Part shown: positions 12,513 to 24,665 of the stretch, one piece after another
Position numbering within the stretch: position 1 is the stretch's first letter
How the letters are laid out: each line of letters opens with the position of its first letter
DNA from: Octopus vulgaris
Lineage: Eukaryota
Length of the DNA stretch: 64,000 nt
Reading direction: 5' to 3'
NCBI GenBank assembly: GCA_951406725.2
Contig: OX597825.1
Coordinates: 76,384,001-76,448,000 of the forward strand
The notes under the pieces: model-generated
Databases searched by the model: none
Told to the model about the DNA's origin: nothing
Seen by the model: the letters and a program-made list of their open reading frames with translations, nothing else
Translations under genes and position numbers: made by a program

Positions 12513-12557
<45 letters not shown>

Positions 12558-12559
12558 GC

Positions 12560-12830
12560 CAAAACCAGACATTATTGTATAGTACCAAAGGTACTATCCA
12601 TCCTGTCTAATATCAGACCAGGTAGTGCAATAGCTTAGGGTTCAAAGTTGCATAGCTCTTCACTGCTCTGCCCTAAAAAGTAAGAAACCTACACAACATG
12701 GACGTGGGTGTCATCAAAAGGGAACTAGACATTCTCCTCTCCACAATACAGGATGAACTAATGGCTCAGCATGTGGTACAAATGAGGACAGCAGTGTCAT
12801 ACTCCTTCATACACCAAATGGCTAACAACC
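12560..12830 (+). mobile_element. CR1/L2-like LINE 3' fragment
   Basis: VRNLHNMDVGVIKRELDILLSTIQDE resembles the CR1 ORF2 C-terminal F/IKxxLDxxL pattern. Confidence 0.5.
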
Positions 12831-13178
12831 AAAGGGAAAACGCATGCAAGGGTAGTGATATGAAATCCCTAACCCTAACCCTAAAGAAATCAGCCAAAGA
12901 AGAAAGATGTGTAAAAGTGCAAAATCCTGGTTGTGTTCCAGCATGATCAGAGCTGCGTGGCTGAAATGAACTAAGGAATAAAAGAATGTGTGTGAGTGTG
13001 TGTGTGTGTGGGGGGGAGGGGTATGGAGTAAGTTTTCAATTTAATTATTGCTTTCATATGTGCTACTTGACATCAACATTAAAATAACATATGTCATGAA
13101 CTGATTATAACAACAAGTGTGATGATGATGATGATGATGATATACAGATATATGATTATATGTGTGTATATTTATATA

Positions 13179-13270
13179 TACAAGGGAGTGCTGAAAGTTC
13201 CTGGGTTTGGGTAAAAGAAAATACAAGAGGAACAGTTGATTATAATTTTATTCAACATATTCTCCTCTTA
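13179..13270. mobile_element. Mariner-like terminal fragment
   Basis: Begins TACAAGGGAGTGCTGAAAGTTCCTGG after a TA run, followed by ttattcaacatattctcc. Confidence 0.45.
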
Positions 13271-13619
13271 CTATCATAAGCCCAATGAATGCTTAAGATA
13301 TATAAATATAATTCTTATCATCCAAGAAGCATAATAAATTCAATTGTTAGAAATATATCTACTTGTATTGCAAGGCTCTCATCTAATGAGGATATATTTA
13401 AGTAAACTCAAACTTATCATAACCATGCATTATTAGAAGCTGGACATAAAGATAAGGTTTACTATATCCAGAATCATCATATTAATAATGAAATTCTAGA
13501 AAATGATAGGATTATAGAGATGTTGAAAATTAACAAAGAGTATAAGGAAACTAAAAATTTAGATAACAACAACAACAACAACGACAACAACAATAATAAT
13601 AATAACAATAATATTAATT

Positions 13620-14280
13620 TCTTTTATTGGCCACAAGGACCCAAGGCATGGTGGACAATATCAAAGGTTGAGTAACAGCACAACAAAAACATGTGGGGTT
13701 AACATGAACCAAGGGGAGATATTACCACATTAAAGGATATAACAAAGGATATATAATAGAAAGTAGAGAAATAAGTAATAAATAAATAAATAGAATCCCC
13801 AATAGTTGGGATAATCTGGGGTAAAACCCCACAAAAATTCCAGATTACTCTGCCATCTCTGACATGGGAAAGTGCCCTCTTCCAGTTTCTTTCCTCCTGC
13901 TTAGAAAAGCATATTCAGAGTCGATCCATTCAGTCTCTCGTCCACCTTTTGATAAACATACTAAAAGGTAGCACTGCCCTCTCTACCTTCACCTTCCTCT
14001 TCAAATGATATCTGAAGAAATTGATGGGGGCTTGACCGGATAGGAATGTGCCTGTCTTCTAACCTTTCAGACGGGTCCACCATACAGTCTCTTTTCCACA
14101 GCCACCAGGCAGAGAAAGACCTGCTTTCTTTTTCTGCTAAGGGAAGGTGGTGTGTTGATTGCAGCTGTGTGAATTCATTTTATACGTGACAAAGCTGCAC
14201 ACAATCCCACAGTTCTCTAATGCATGGACACTGAATTATTGCATGCAGAATGATTTCGTCCCCCTGGGATATGCATGGTA
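13620..14280 (-). mobile_element. Decayed L1/Tx1-like LINE 3' end
   Basis: Minus frame near 13960-14090 reads VWTRLKG...FFRYHLKRKVKVER; aataaa and a (TTG/TTA)n tail follow. Confidence 0.45.
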
Positions 14281-14313
14281 AAAGGAAGTTGTCAGTTTAA
14301 ACAGAGTTAAAAA

Positions 14314-14925
14314 GGCTCATGGAAAGACTTCGGGCCCCCCGCCTCCACATTTTCTCCCAAATTTGTTTATTTAAAAATTTTTTTTGCCGAAAACCCCGTT
14401 TTCAGATATGGAGGTTCCAGTAAATTGCCAAGGATCAACATTGTTAAATTCCCCACACCCTTCTCCACCAAATTCTTCAATTTTGACTTTTTCCCCAACA
14501 CTAACTCTAACCCTAACCCTAATCCTAACCCTAAAACCCTAATCCTAACCCTAAAACCCTAACCATAACTGTAACTACAGAAATGTTTCAAAATTTTTGT
14601 CTGAATCATTATGTCTGTATTTTTCCGCATATCTAGAAAAAAAAAAAATTCTTAAAATAAATTTTACAAAACATTTTGGAAATTTTTTTCAGAATCATAA
14701 TCTCCATATTTTTCCACATATTTTGGAAAAAAAAATTCTGAAAAAAGTGAAAAATGAAGGAAATGGGGGTAGGGGGTGGTAATTTAAAAATGCTGCTTTT
14801 TGCCAATTTTTTGCAAATTCATATTCCCCATAATCGAAAAGAGGGATTTGTGTCAAAAAAAAAATTGCTTTTTAAAAGGGTGGTTATTTTGGTGGTGGGA
14901 ACGGGCGGAAGTCTTGCCAGACCGA
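14314..14925. mobile_element. MITE-like element with imperfect TIRs and internal (CCCTAA)n
   Basis: Left end tggaaagacttcg versus right end cggaagtcttgcca; telomere-like repeats at 14500-14570. Confidence 0.45.
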
Positions 14926-16659
14926 CCAATTTTTTCATGTCATGAGAATAAAAATTTGAGCAACACATTTCAAAAATAACTCAGAACAACAATTCACAAA
15001 ACAGCGAACTTAAAAGTTGAGCAAAAGATCTGCAAGTCAATTTTAAAATAACCTACCATTGAGCGAAAAGAAAAGAAAACTTTCCCAAAAGACTTTCTCA
15101 GTTCATTTGAATATATTCCTTATGCAGTTTTATTTTAAATATTTCTTTTTAAAAGACTTTATAATTTTTTCCAAGGAAATTATATTGAACATTTTGATAA
15201 ATTTTCCATGAACACTGTATTGTTGTAAAACTGGGATGCATGGTTATTTTTATTTGCTCAACATGTGGATACCTTTGCAAATTTGTATATTTGACTTGTT
15301 AAAATATTAATTCCATCTGTGTATTGAAATATATTTGTATTATCAATATTCTTTTTTTCGCAAAATTTTTAACAATTTTTCAGGTTGAGGGCTTTTGTAG
15401 CAAGTCATAATAAACCTTTATCGGCTATAATACGACATCATTGTCATGTTGGTCGAATAGGTATAATTATTAGTTTCTCAATGGTTAAAACTACTGGCCA
15501 TATTTGAATTCTAACTTTCATCAAAGAGAAATCTTACATGAAATATGGTTCTTAGAATTCAGATATGACCAGTTATAAAAACCCTGATTTTTGGGAAGAA
15601 AATAAGTGTTTGTTGTCTGTCATTCGATTCCATGACACTCACTCTCTTGAGATATTGGTTATTGCCATGCCAAGTCTTTTATCTAATTCAACAAGGCTAT
15701 TTTGAATTGTTGTTTAAAACTCTTGTAGCTTAGCTATGGAAGAATCAATATAAATTTTATGTCATAACTCTCTATGACTCTTCTTTTGACTTATTAAAAT
15801 GTACTGTAAATATTAAATGTACGTAAATAAACTAATTTAGTAAATAATTTCTTTTTCTTCATTTTCTTCAACCTGTTGATGAAATTTATTTCTGTAACTA
15901 TTGAAGCTGTTATTATAGCAGTGAAAAAGAATAAGCTTTATTATCTTCAACATACATGCATGTTAAGCGTCTTGGTGTATATAACTCACCACAACGTTTA
16001 TGTAGTCTGAGTTAGGATTTATGTATGGTGATAAATACTTATAATTAAGTTATAAGTGGCGGATTTATCACCATAGATTCCTACTCAAGAAATATTTATA
16101 TTTCTTATAATTTCAAGTCGAACACGGGATAAATAGATAAAATCATCTAATTGTTATAGATAAATTTTCACTATGATAAATTGCCACTCGTCATTCTTGT
16201 CAATAGTCACAACGTTATAAATTGGCAACAACACCGGTTATAAACTGGTAATCCACCGTTATAAATTGTAGACTAACTGACATGGATTCCGAATTCTACT
16301 CTGGAGAATAATCACCGTCATAACCTTAAAGGAGCTTTTCTTGTTGGGCTGGAAATAATCCAGACAACCGCAGGGGTGCAGGGAGTCCAAAATGTATACC
16401 AGTAGATGGGCTGCAATTGGTCAAGGAAGGTCATGTGATGTCATGGTTGGCAGTATTGCTAAATAAGCAACAGTAGTTTCATGGATGAAAGAAGTTTCTT
16501 TGGCCGCATGGTTGAACAGGAAATTGCTGGCAACAGTGCATCTGGGTAAGGGATTCAGTGAGGCTTGTGAGCTTATGTGTGGAAGTGTGCATGCATGAGT
16601 GTGTGTGTGTATGTGTGTAAGTAGGAAGGATTATATAAGCGCATTCTTGAAGAAAATCA

Positions 16660-18365
16660 ACCAATTCATATGAAGAATACAGTGAAAGGCTTTCTCCATG
16701 ATAGAAAAGATAGATCACATGACAAACCTGAAGCTGGAGACTTACTAAGAAAAGAATTTAAATCAAGGAAAAACCCACTGACCAGCCAGCACCCGACCAG
16801 ATTTGAAGAGGAACTGTATAGTATAGTTCAGAATGTGAACTTCAGAAAGTACTCTAGAAGACACAATAGACATCAACAGAAAATTAGGAAATTACTTGAT
16901 GATTTCTTGAAAGTTCCAGGGATACTTGTACCATAGGACAAAACAAGTAACATTTTTATTGTTGATACTGTGTTATTGAAGAATATGATTAGAAAAGAAT
17001 TACATAGCAAAATATAGACATGCAAATAATGACACATCAAAATGAATAAACAGTAGAGGATTACAAATTGCTAGAGATTTAGCTATAGATCATAGAATTG
17101 AGCCTTATGTTCCTAGAAAACCTCAGATTATGCTTAAAAACCATAAATCTAAGTTTCTGAATGACCCCACTCAGATTAATATATCTATCTAAATCAGATA
17201 TAGGGATTATTAGTAAGAAGATCATTGATAGAGTACTGCCCACACTTAAGTCTAAAATTAAATCAGCCCTCTGGTGGATACCAAAGAGATAATAGGATGC
17301 CTTAAGCATCTAGAAATTAACAAAACCAGTAAATTCTTATAACTAGATATACAGAGAGTTACTACGCCACTACAAACCTGATCATCCTCAATAAAGCCCT
17401 GATCTATAGTATGGAAAACTCGGTTATGTCCTGACATGGAATAGATATTATACTTGTGGCCCAAACCTCTTTGGTAGATTTTGATGGTATATTATGGAAT
17501 AGATTAGATAGAGAGAGTGCTTTTGGTATAGTGATGTGGTCATCAAATTCTGCACAAGTCACAGACTTGTTTGGAATATATATGCATTCATTAATCCAGT
17601 TTTCCTTTCTGAAAATCACAGGAGGACTATATAGAGATGATGTTCTATTCTTCCTGGACAGAAGTAATAAAGAACAATTAGAAAGGCATAGGAAACAGGT
17701 CTTTAGACTATTTAAGAACTTAAGACTCAACATAACTATAGAAAAAGATTACCATAGTGTAAACTTCTGTTACGCTACCTTCTGTCTTGATACTGGATTA
17801 TATGAATCCTTTCATAAACCAAATGATAATATTAAGTACATATGTGTGTAGTATCCAATAATTCACCCTCAGTAATACAAGGATTAGTTAATGTTTCCAT
17901 AAGAATATCTAGATTATCTGCTACTAATGAAATTTTTGAATCACATACACCCTATTACAATACTGCTCTAGCTATGGCTGGTTACTGAGAGAAAATTCAA
18001 TACATACAAGACACCGATATACACAACTCTGCCAATTTCTCCACTAATTATACACAAACCTAACAACACAATGTTACAGTAAGATCAAACATACAAGTCA
18101 AAACGAATCAGTTGGGGCACTAAACTAGAAGCCAAAACTCAGACACACATGCAACACAATCATACTACTGCTTATAACACAATAAACTGTCCCAACCCTG
18201 TACAACATATCAGAACAAATAAGCCAAACAAATATAAGAATCATGATGCCCCCTGGTACAAAAAATCAACAAGAGGTATTAACTGATTATGTGTGGCAAT
18301 TTAAGAAGAATATGATCTAACTTGGTCCATAATGAGACATGCACAACCATTCAACCATAGAAGTT
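16660..18365 (+). mobile_element. Decayed Penelope-like retroelement (RT plus GIY-YIG remnant)
   Basis: DKTSN, GLYRDD, LNITIE...VNF...YESFHKPN motifs; YVWQFK...LTWSI near 18290-18350; multiple stops and frameshifts. Confidence 0.85.
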
Positions 18366-18443
18366 AGGATTTTCTATATGCTACCATCTTTTCACGTTTT
18401 TTCAGGTTTTCTCATGTTCTTTGTTCAGCATGAAGAGTGATCT

Positions 18444-18495
18444 GTACCTGAAGCATGTGTTTGGATTTTCAAACATGTGAAACTATCAGTAGTGC
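18444..18495 (+). ncRNA. Hammerhead ribozyme motif at the 3' end of the Penelope element (A9 variant)
   Basis: gtac CTGAAGc atgtgtttg gatttt caaacatgt GAAA ct atc ag TA gtgc; all three stems can pair. Confidence 0.6.
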
Positions 18496-18674
18496 CCAAA
18501 GATATGTATTGTGATCATTAAACAGCTACATAAATATTATATTATATTATATTACATTATATATATATATATATATATATAGGGGAAGAGTTCACGAAAA
18601 AACAAAAAAAATGAAGACAGGTGGTGTACAAAACAAACAGATGTATTAGTATAACACTCAGGAAATGAAAAAGT

Positions 18675-18710
18675 CTTTTACGTTTTGAGCCTATGCTCTT
18701 CTACAGAAAG
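18675..18710 (-). ncRNA. Degenerate minimal hammerhead motif (CUGUAGA variant)
   Basis: Minus strand: cttt CTGTAGA a gagc atag gctc aAAA cg TA aaag; G12 is mutated. Confidence 0.55.
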
Positions 18711-19155
18711 GGACACAGAAAAAAGCAAGGAGAGAAAACAAGGAGAGAAAAAAAGGAGAGAAAAAAGGAGAGAGAAAAATTTGTGTAGTGGCTTGATACA
18801 TAATTCCAAGAGAGTTAGAAGTTGTGAATCCAAAAAACTAAGGGATGATATCTATCCAATATACTATTGATAGAATACCCAATTATTAATACACAAGTTT
18901 TTATATTTTTTGTTGCATAGCAATTACAATACTGAATGTAATAAATGGACGAGGGTAAGAAGTTGTTTTACAATTAATTTGTACGGCAATAAGAAAATGG
19001 AGGGGATCAAGAGGTGGTATTCATCAACTTTTAGACAATATATTATGTCTTTTATCTATTTTTTTAAAAAAACAATTATAATAATATACATACATATATA
19101 AAAATATCAGTTATTATTAAAGTATATAACGTAGAACATAGAAAGTAGAATAGTT

Positions 19156-19277
19156 TCTTACAGCTGTTTCAGCCAAGAGTTCACAGTACCCCACTTTACT
19201 TCCATCCCTTCAGTGAACTGAAGTATTTGGTAGATAAAATTAAGGTACTTGGATGTGCCTCTGGGCTTCGTCAGAGA
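19156..19277 (-). ncRNA. Second copy of the long-stem-II hammerhead ribozyme motif
   Basis: Reverse complement: tct CTGACGA agcccagag...cttcagttcactgaag...ctcttggct GAAA cagctg TA aga. Confidence 0.78.
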
Positions 19278-19348
19278 GTTTAGAAAGTTCATAAGGTTAA
19301 GTTATAAGTATAAATACATACATATATATACTCACTTTTACATATACG

Positions 19349-20275
19349 GATGTGTAATGTTAGTGTTCATAATCGACAGAGTGTAAGTACCTTGAGAGAA
19401 AAGTTGAACCTAAGAAGCATCAGTTGTGGTGTGCAAGAGAGACGGCTGCGCTGGTATGGTCATGTGACGAGAATGGCTGAAGATAGTTGTGTGCAAAAGT
19501 GCTACACCCTAGCAGTTGAGGGAACCTGTGGAAGAGGTAGACCCAGGAAAACCTGGGACGAAGTGGTGAAGCACGACCTTTGAACTTTAGGTCTCACCAA
19601 GGAAATGACTAGAGACCGAGACCTATGGAAGTATGCTGTGCGTGAGAAGATCCAGCAAGACTAGTGAGACCATAACCCGTGGCCCCTATCTGGGACGTAG
19701 TCAGTCCACCTGTGCATACCTTCCTTCTTGTGACATTTGTGAAGACCTGTTGAGGCAAGTGAAAAACAAACCAAATCAAAATAGATGAACATCAATGGAA
19801 TTTGTATCTTTGTGGTACCAGTGCCAGTGGCACATAAGAAAATCATCCGAACGTGGCCGTAGCCAGTGCTGCATCGACTGGCCTCCGTGCTGTGGGCACG
19901 TAACAAACACCTTCCGATCGTGGCCGTTTGCCAGCCTCGTCTGGCACCTGTGTCAGTGGCACATAAAAAACACCATCCGAGCGTGGTCGTCTGCCAGCCT
20001 CGTCTTGCACCTGTGTCGGTGGCACATAAAAAACACCATCCGAGCGTGGCCGTTTGCCAGCCTTGTCTGGCACCTGTGTCGGTGGCACATAAAATCACCC
20101 ACTACACTCTCGGAGTGGTTGGTGTTAGGAAGGGCATCCAGCTGTAGAAACACTGCCAGATCTGACTGGCCTGGTGCAGCCTTCAGGCTCCCCAGACCCC
20201 AGTTGAACCGTCCAACCCATGCTAGCATGGAAAGCGGACGTTAAACGATGATGATGATGATGATGATGATGATGA
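19349..20275 (+). mobile_element. 5'-truncated RTE LINE nested in the hammerhead repeat
   Basis: MCNVSVH...RRLRWYGHV...GRPRKTW, ~62-bp UTR repeats and a (GAT)n tail; its flanks belong to the 9375-10150 family. Confidence 0.92.
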
Positions 20276-20514
20276 TATATAAATACATATCCATATATTT
20301 ATATATATATGTATATGCATACAACGAAATCAATTATTATTAATATTATTATTAGGTGTATCATATTATTCTTATTAGATAAAGTATAAACAGAGGAAAG
20401 AGAAAATTATCAAAAGAGAAATGATAGTGGAATTTCAATAATCAATCTAGCTTAAAGGTATTGTAGTTTTGTAGGAATGAAAAGGTATATCAATGAGATT
20501 GTCGATCTCAGTCT

Positions 20515-22998
20515 AGAAGAGGGTTGTTTCTCACATGGTCAGTTGTATGTAGGTTGTTTGAGAGTAGGAAGCCCACAGAAATTTTTCATATATGTTCCAA
20601 AGGAAAAAGTGAAAAGCATTGTATATAGTGAAGTTCTGTAAATGTGCTAATATGTACCTTATGAATACATTTCAACACCATACAGACCAGCAGGTCCACT
20701 AGTGTATGGTGCAAAATCCCCTCTCGACCCAAGGTAATGTGGTGGTGGAACAATGTTATTGACAGGGCCATTGGAGAAGAGAAATAGGGTTGTACAGACT
20801 GGAAGAACGGTGGCAGCAGGGCATCATGTCTGACTGCCAAAAGAGAAGCTAGGAGACAGGTTTATTTAACCAGGAGGGAAGCAGAAAAGAAAAAATTTGC
20901 CAATGTTCTGTGCTGTGAGGACTAAAGACTTAAGATATTTCGTGCTGCGAGATAGTGTGTGAGACAGAATCGTAATGTCATAGGACAGAAATGTATTTGC
21001 ATGGATGATGGCTCACTTGCATTAAACGAGGCTGCACTATGAAAGGTTGCTAAATAAAGAGAATGAATGGGAGAAAGAGAGCCTGCCGAATGCTGACCCA
21101 ACAGAGGACGAGCTATCCAAATTGACAGTGCTTTGGTAGATAAAACAATTAAGGGTAGGAAAGATGCTGGCCCATCAGGAATCACCACAGAGATATTAAA
21201 AATATCTGGCAGTGTCGGCTATAGCCTAGTCACCCTGTTGGATCAGGTAATGAAAGTCACAGATTGGGTTGTAGCCCAACTAATAGGGAGAGGGTCAGTC
21301 CAGATGAAATGCAGTTTGGGTTTCTGCCAGGGAAAAGTACCACTGATGCTATATTTCTAGTAAGGCAGCTGCAGGATAAATACCTAGCCAAAGATAAGCC
21401 CCTGTACCTGGCTTTCGTTGACATGGAGAAAGCCTTTGACAGGGTCCTTCGATCCCTTATCTGGTGGGCAATGAAGAAACTAGGGATAGATAAATGGTTA
21501 GTGAGAGCTGTGCAAGCCATGTACAGGGACGCTGTCAGTAAGGTGAGGGTTGGCAATGATTACAGTGAAGAATTCCAGGTAGAGGTAGGGGTTCACCAAT
21601 ATTCAGTACTCAGCCCCCTCCTATTTAACATAGTCCTCCAGGCAATAACAGAGGAATTCAAGACAGATGCTCCTGGGAGCTCCTCTATAAGATGTACCTA
21701 GTGCAAGCTATGGACACATAAGAGGTGCAGCAATATTAAAGGAAGGCTAACTGGGAAGATAGTTTTTGTATGTGGAAAATGCTCATGAGCAATAAACACT
21801 GAAAATGTGCAGAGAACAACTTCTGTCACATTCCAGGGAGAAAAACTACAAGTAGTTGACAGCTTCTGCTACCTAGGTGACCAAGTCAGTAGTGAGGGTA
21901 GATGCTCTGAAAGTGTAGCTGCTAGAATAGGAATAGCCTGAGCAAAGTTCAGAGAGTTCCTACCTCTGCTGGTGACAAAGAGCCTCTCGCTCAGAGTAAA
22001 CGGTAGACTGTATGATGCATGTGTGCAAACAGCCATGCTACATGGCAGTGAAACACGGGCCATGACTGCTGAGGACATGTGTAAGCTTGCAAGGAATGAA
22101 GCCAGTATGCTCTGCTGGATGTGTAATGTCAGTGTGCATACATGACAGAGTGTAAGCGCCTTGAGAGAAAAGTTGGACCTAAGAAGCATCAGATGTGGTG
22201 TGCAAGAGAGACAACTGTGCTGGTAAAGGACGAGGACAGCTGTGTGAAAAAGTGTCACTCCCTAGCAGTTGAGGTAATCTGTGGAAGAGGTAGATTCAGG
22301 AAGACCTGGGATGACATGATGAAGCATGACCTTCGAACTTTAGGCCTCACCAAGGCAATGACTAGTGACCGAGACTTTTGGAAATATGCTGTGCTTGAGA
22401 AGACTTGGCAAGCCAAGTAAGACCATAACCCATGGCTTATGCCAGCGGTATAACCAGCCTACTTATGCGTTATTGCTTGTGAAGACTTGTTGAGGCAAGT
22501 GAAACAAAATCAAAATCAAATTTGCTGAATTGGCCAATAACAGCATCGCCTTACTGGGCACCCGTGCCAGTGGAACATTAAAAGCACCATTCGAACCTGA
22601 TCATTGCCAGGGCCACTAACTGGCTCCCATGACGGTGGAACATAAAAAGCACCATTCAAGGCTGATTGTTACCAGCGTCACCTTACTGGCATGTGAAAAT
22701 CAACATTCGAGTGAGGTCATTGCCAGTGCTGCTGGACTGGCTCTTGTGCAGGTGGTACTTAAAAAACAGCATTTGAGTGTGGCCATTGCCAGTACCAAGT
22801 GACAGGCCTTTGTGCTGGTGGCACGTAACAGCACCCACTACACTTTCAGAGTGGTTGGTGTTAGGAAGGGCATCTAACTGTAGAAACTCTGCCAGATCAG
22901 ATTGGAGCTTGGTGCAGCCATCTGACTTGCCAGTCTTCAGTCAAACCATCCAACCCATGCCAGAATGGAAAGCGGATGTTAAACGATGATGATGATGA
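20515..22998 (+). mobile_element. Degenerate RTE LINE with internal deletions
   Basis: QFGFLPGKSTTDAIF...DMEKAFDRV...VGVHQ.SVLSPLLF, followed by the C-terminus and a (GAT)n tail. Confidence 0.92.
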
Positions 22999-23006
22999 TA
23001 TACACA

Positions 23007-23042
<36 letters not shown>

Positions 23043-23200
23043 TGTATGTATGTATGTATATGATGGAGTTCTTCAAGTTTTCATTTACCAAATCCAATAT
23101 AGATTTTGTTTGGCCTGGGGCTATAACAGTAGACATTTACCCAATAAGCCAAGTTGTGGAACTGGATCTGAACCTTTGTGGCTGGGAGGCAAACATGTTA

Positions 23201-23277
<77 letters not shown>

Positions 23278-23639
23278 TATATATAATTTCTTTTGAAGCT
23301 ACCTAACTCATTAATTTAATGTTTATGGTTGACAGAAGTTTTTAATTACATGGTTTAGGGACAGAACTACAATAAGGAACAGGAGTTCAAATCCTGCTAG
23401 GGGTGAAAATTTTAAAGCTCTTTGGATCTGAATCTATATTCAAATATAAAGAACATATGCCATGTCAATGCAATTATTAAATACCAGTTTCAGCTTATTT
23501 CTTTGAAAATAGCATAATTTTTGATGATACAAGTGTACAAGTAGATATGCATGTATGTGTGTGTATGTATGAGTATGTGTATGTATGTGTGTGTTTATAA
23601 ACTTTTTGCATATTTGTGTGTCTATTTTAATTTACTTAC

Positions 23640-23833
23640 CTTATAGCCATATCCCTTATCAACTTTAATAAAACTTGGCATTTCTCCACTTTTTAATTCA
23701 AAATTGCCGTAGAAGCATTTTTGGTTGCTGTGATATGATATGTCGACATATTTATTGTTCAATGTAATGCGAACTGAAGAATAGTAATACTCAGCATAAC
23801 AAACTTCTACATCCCACCTTGTGGCCTGGATAT
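23640..23833 (-). CDS. Candidate internal exon (194 bp), DIQATRWDVEVCYAEYYYSSVRITLNNKYVDISYHSNQKCFYGNFELKSGEMPSFIKVDKGYGYK
   Basis: Pyrimidine-rich acceptor ...ttcaatctatttccag|, consensus donor AAG|gtaagt, open frame, phase 1 to phase 0. Confidence 0.72.
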
Positions 23834-24249
23834 CTGGAAATAGATTGAAAAAAGAAGGAAAAAATCTCAATTTATTTTCAAAACACCTAAAAGATTTTAT
23901 AATGTGAATGGTTACATCAAGAAAACTCATATAAAACATTGGAATTGGTTTTAAGAATAACATAAAATCTCAATAATCATGAAAATCTGAATTCTTCTCA
24001 CATTTTGTCCCAAGAAAATGTTTTTTTTTTACATGTTTTCTTTAAGAATCAGACATAAATCTCATTGCATCATTATCAAATTTGTTCACAACACCCACTC
24101 ATATTGAGTCATTAATTGATTTCAAATATTGGCACAAGGCCAGCAATTTCAGGGGAAGGGTAAGTTGATTACTTTGACCCCCAGTGTTTAACTGGTACTT
24201 ATGAACACTGAAAGGATGAAAGCAAGGTTAATCTTAATCGTAATATATA

Positions 24250-24665
24250 TTACTTTATTGCCCATAGGGGGCTAAACATAGAGGGAATAAACAAGGACAA
24301 ACAAAGGGATTAAGTCGATTACATCTACCCCAGTTTGTAACTGGTACTTATTTAATCAACCCTGAAAGGATGAAAGGCAAAGTCAACTTTGGCAAAATCT
24401 GAACTCAGAACATAATGGCAGACAAAATACCTATTTCTTTACTACGCACAAGGGGCTAAACACAGAGAGGACAAACAAGGACAGACAAACGGATTAAGTC
24501 GATTACATCGACTCCAGTGCATAACTGGTACTTAATTTATCGACCCCGAAAGGATGAAAGGCAAAGTTGACCTCAGTGAATCTGAACTGAGAATGTAACG
24601 GCAGACAAAATAGCGCTAAGCATTTTGCCCGCTGTGCTAATAATTCTGCCAGCTCACTTGCCCTT
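24250..24665 (-). mobile_element. Two tandem tRNA-SINE copies
   Basis: Both match 28295-28524. Confidence 0.8.

Noticed and set aside
15384-15460. Possible plus-strand exon (tttttcag...ATAG|gtataa)
   Set aside because: Weak donor and no supporting partner exons or recognisable peptide.
19860-20095. Regularly spaced ~62-bp repeats resembling a CRISPR array
   Set aside because: No unique spacers, eukaryotic context, part of the RTE UTR.
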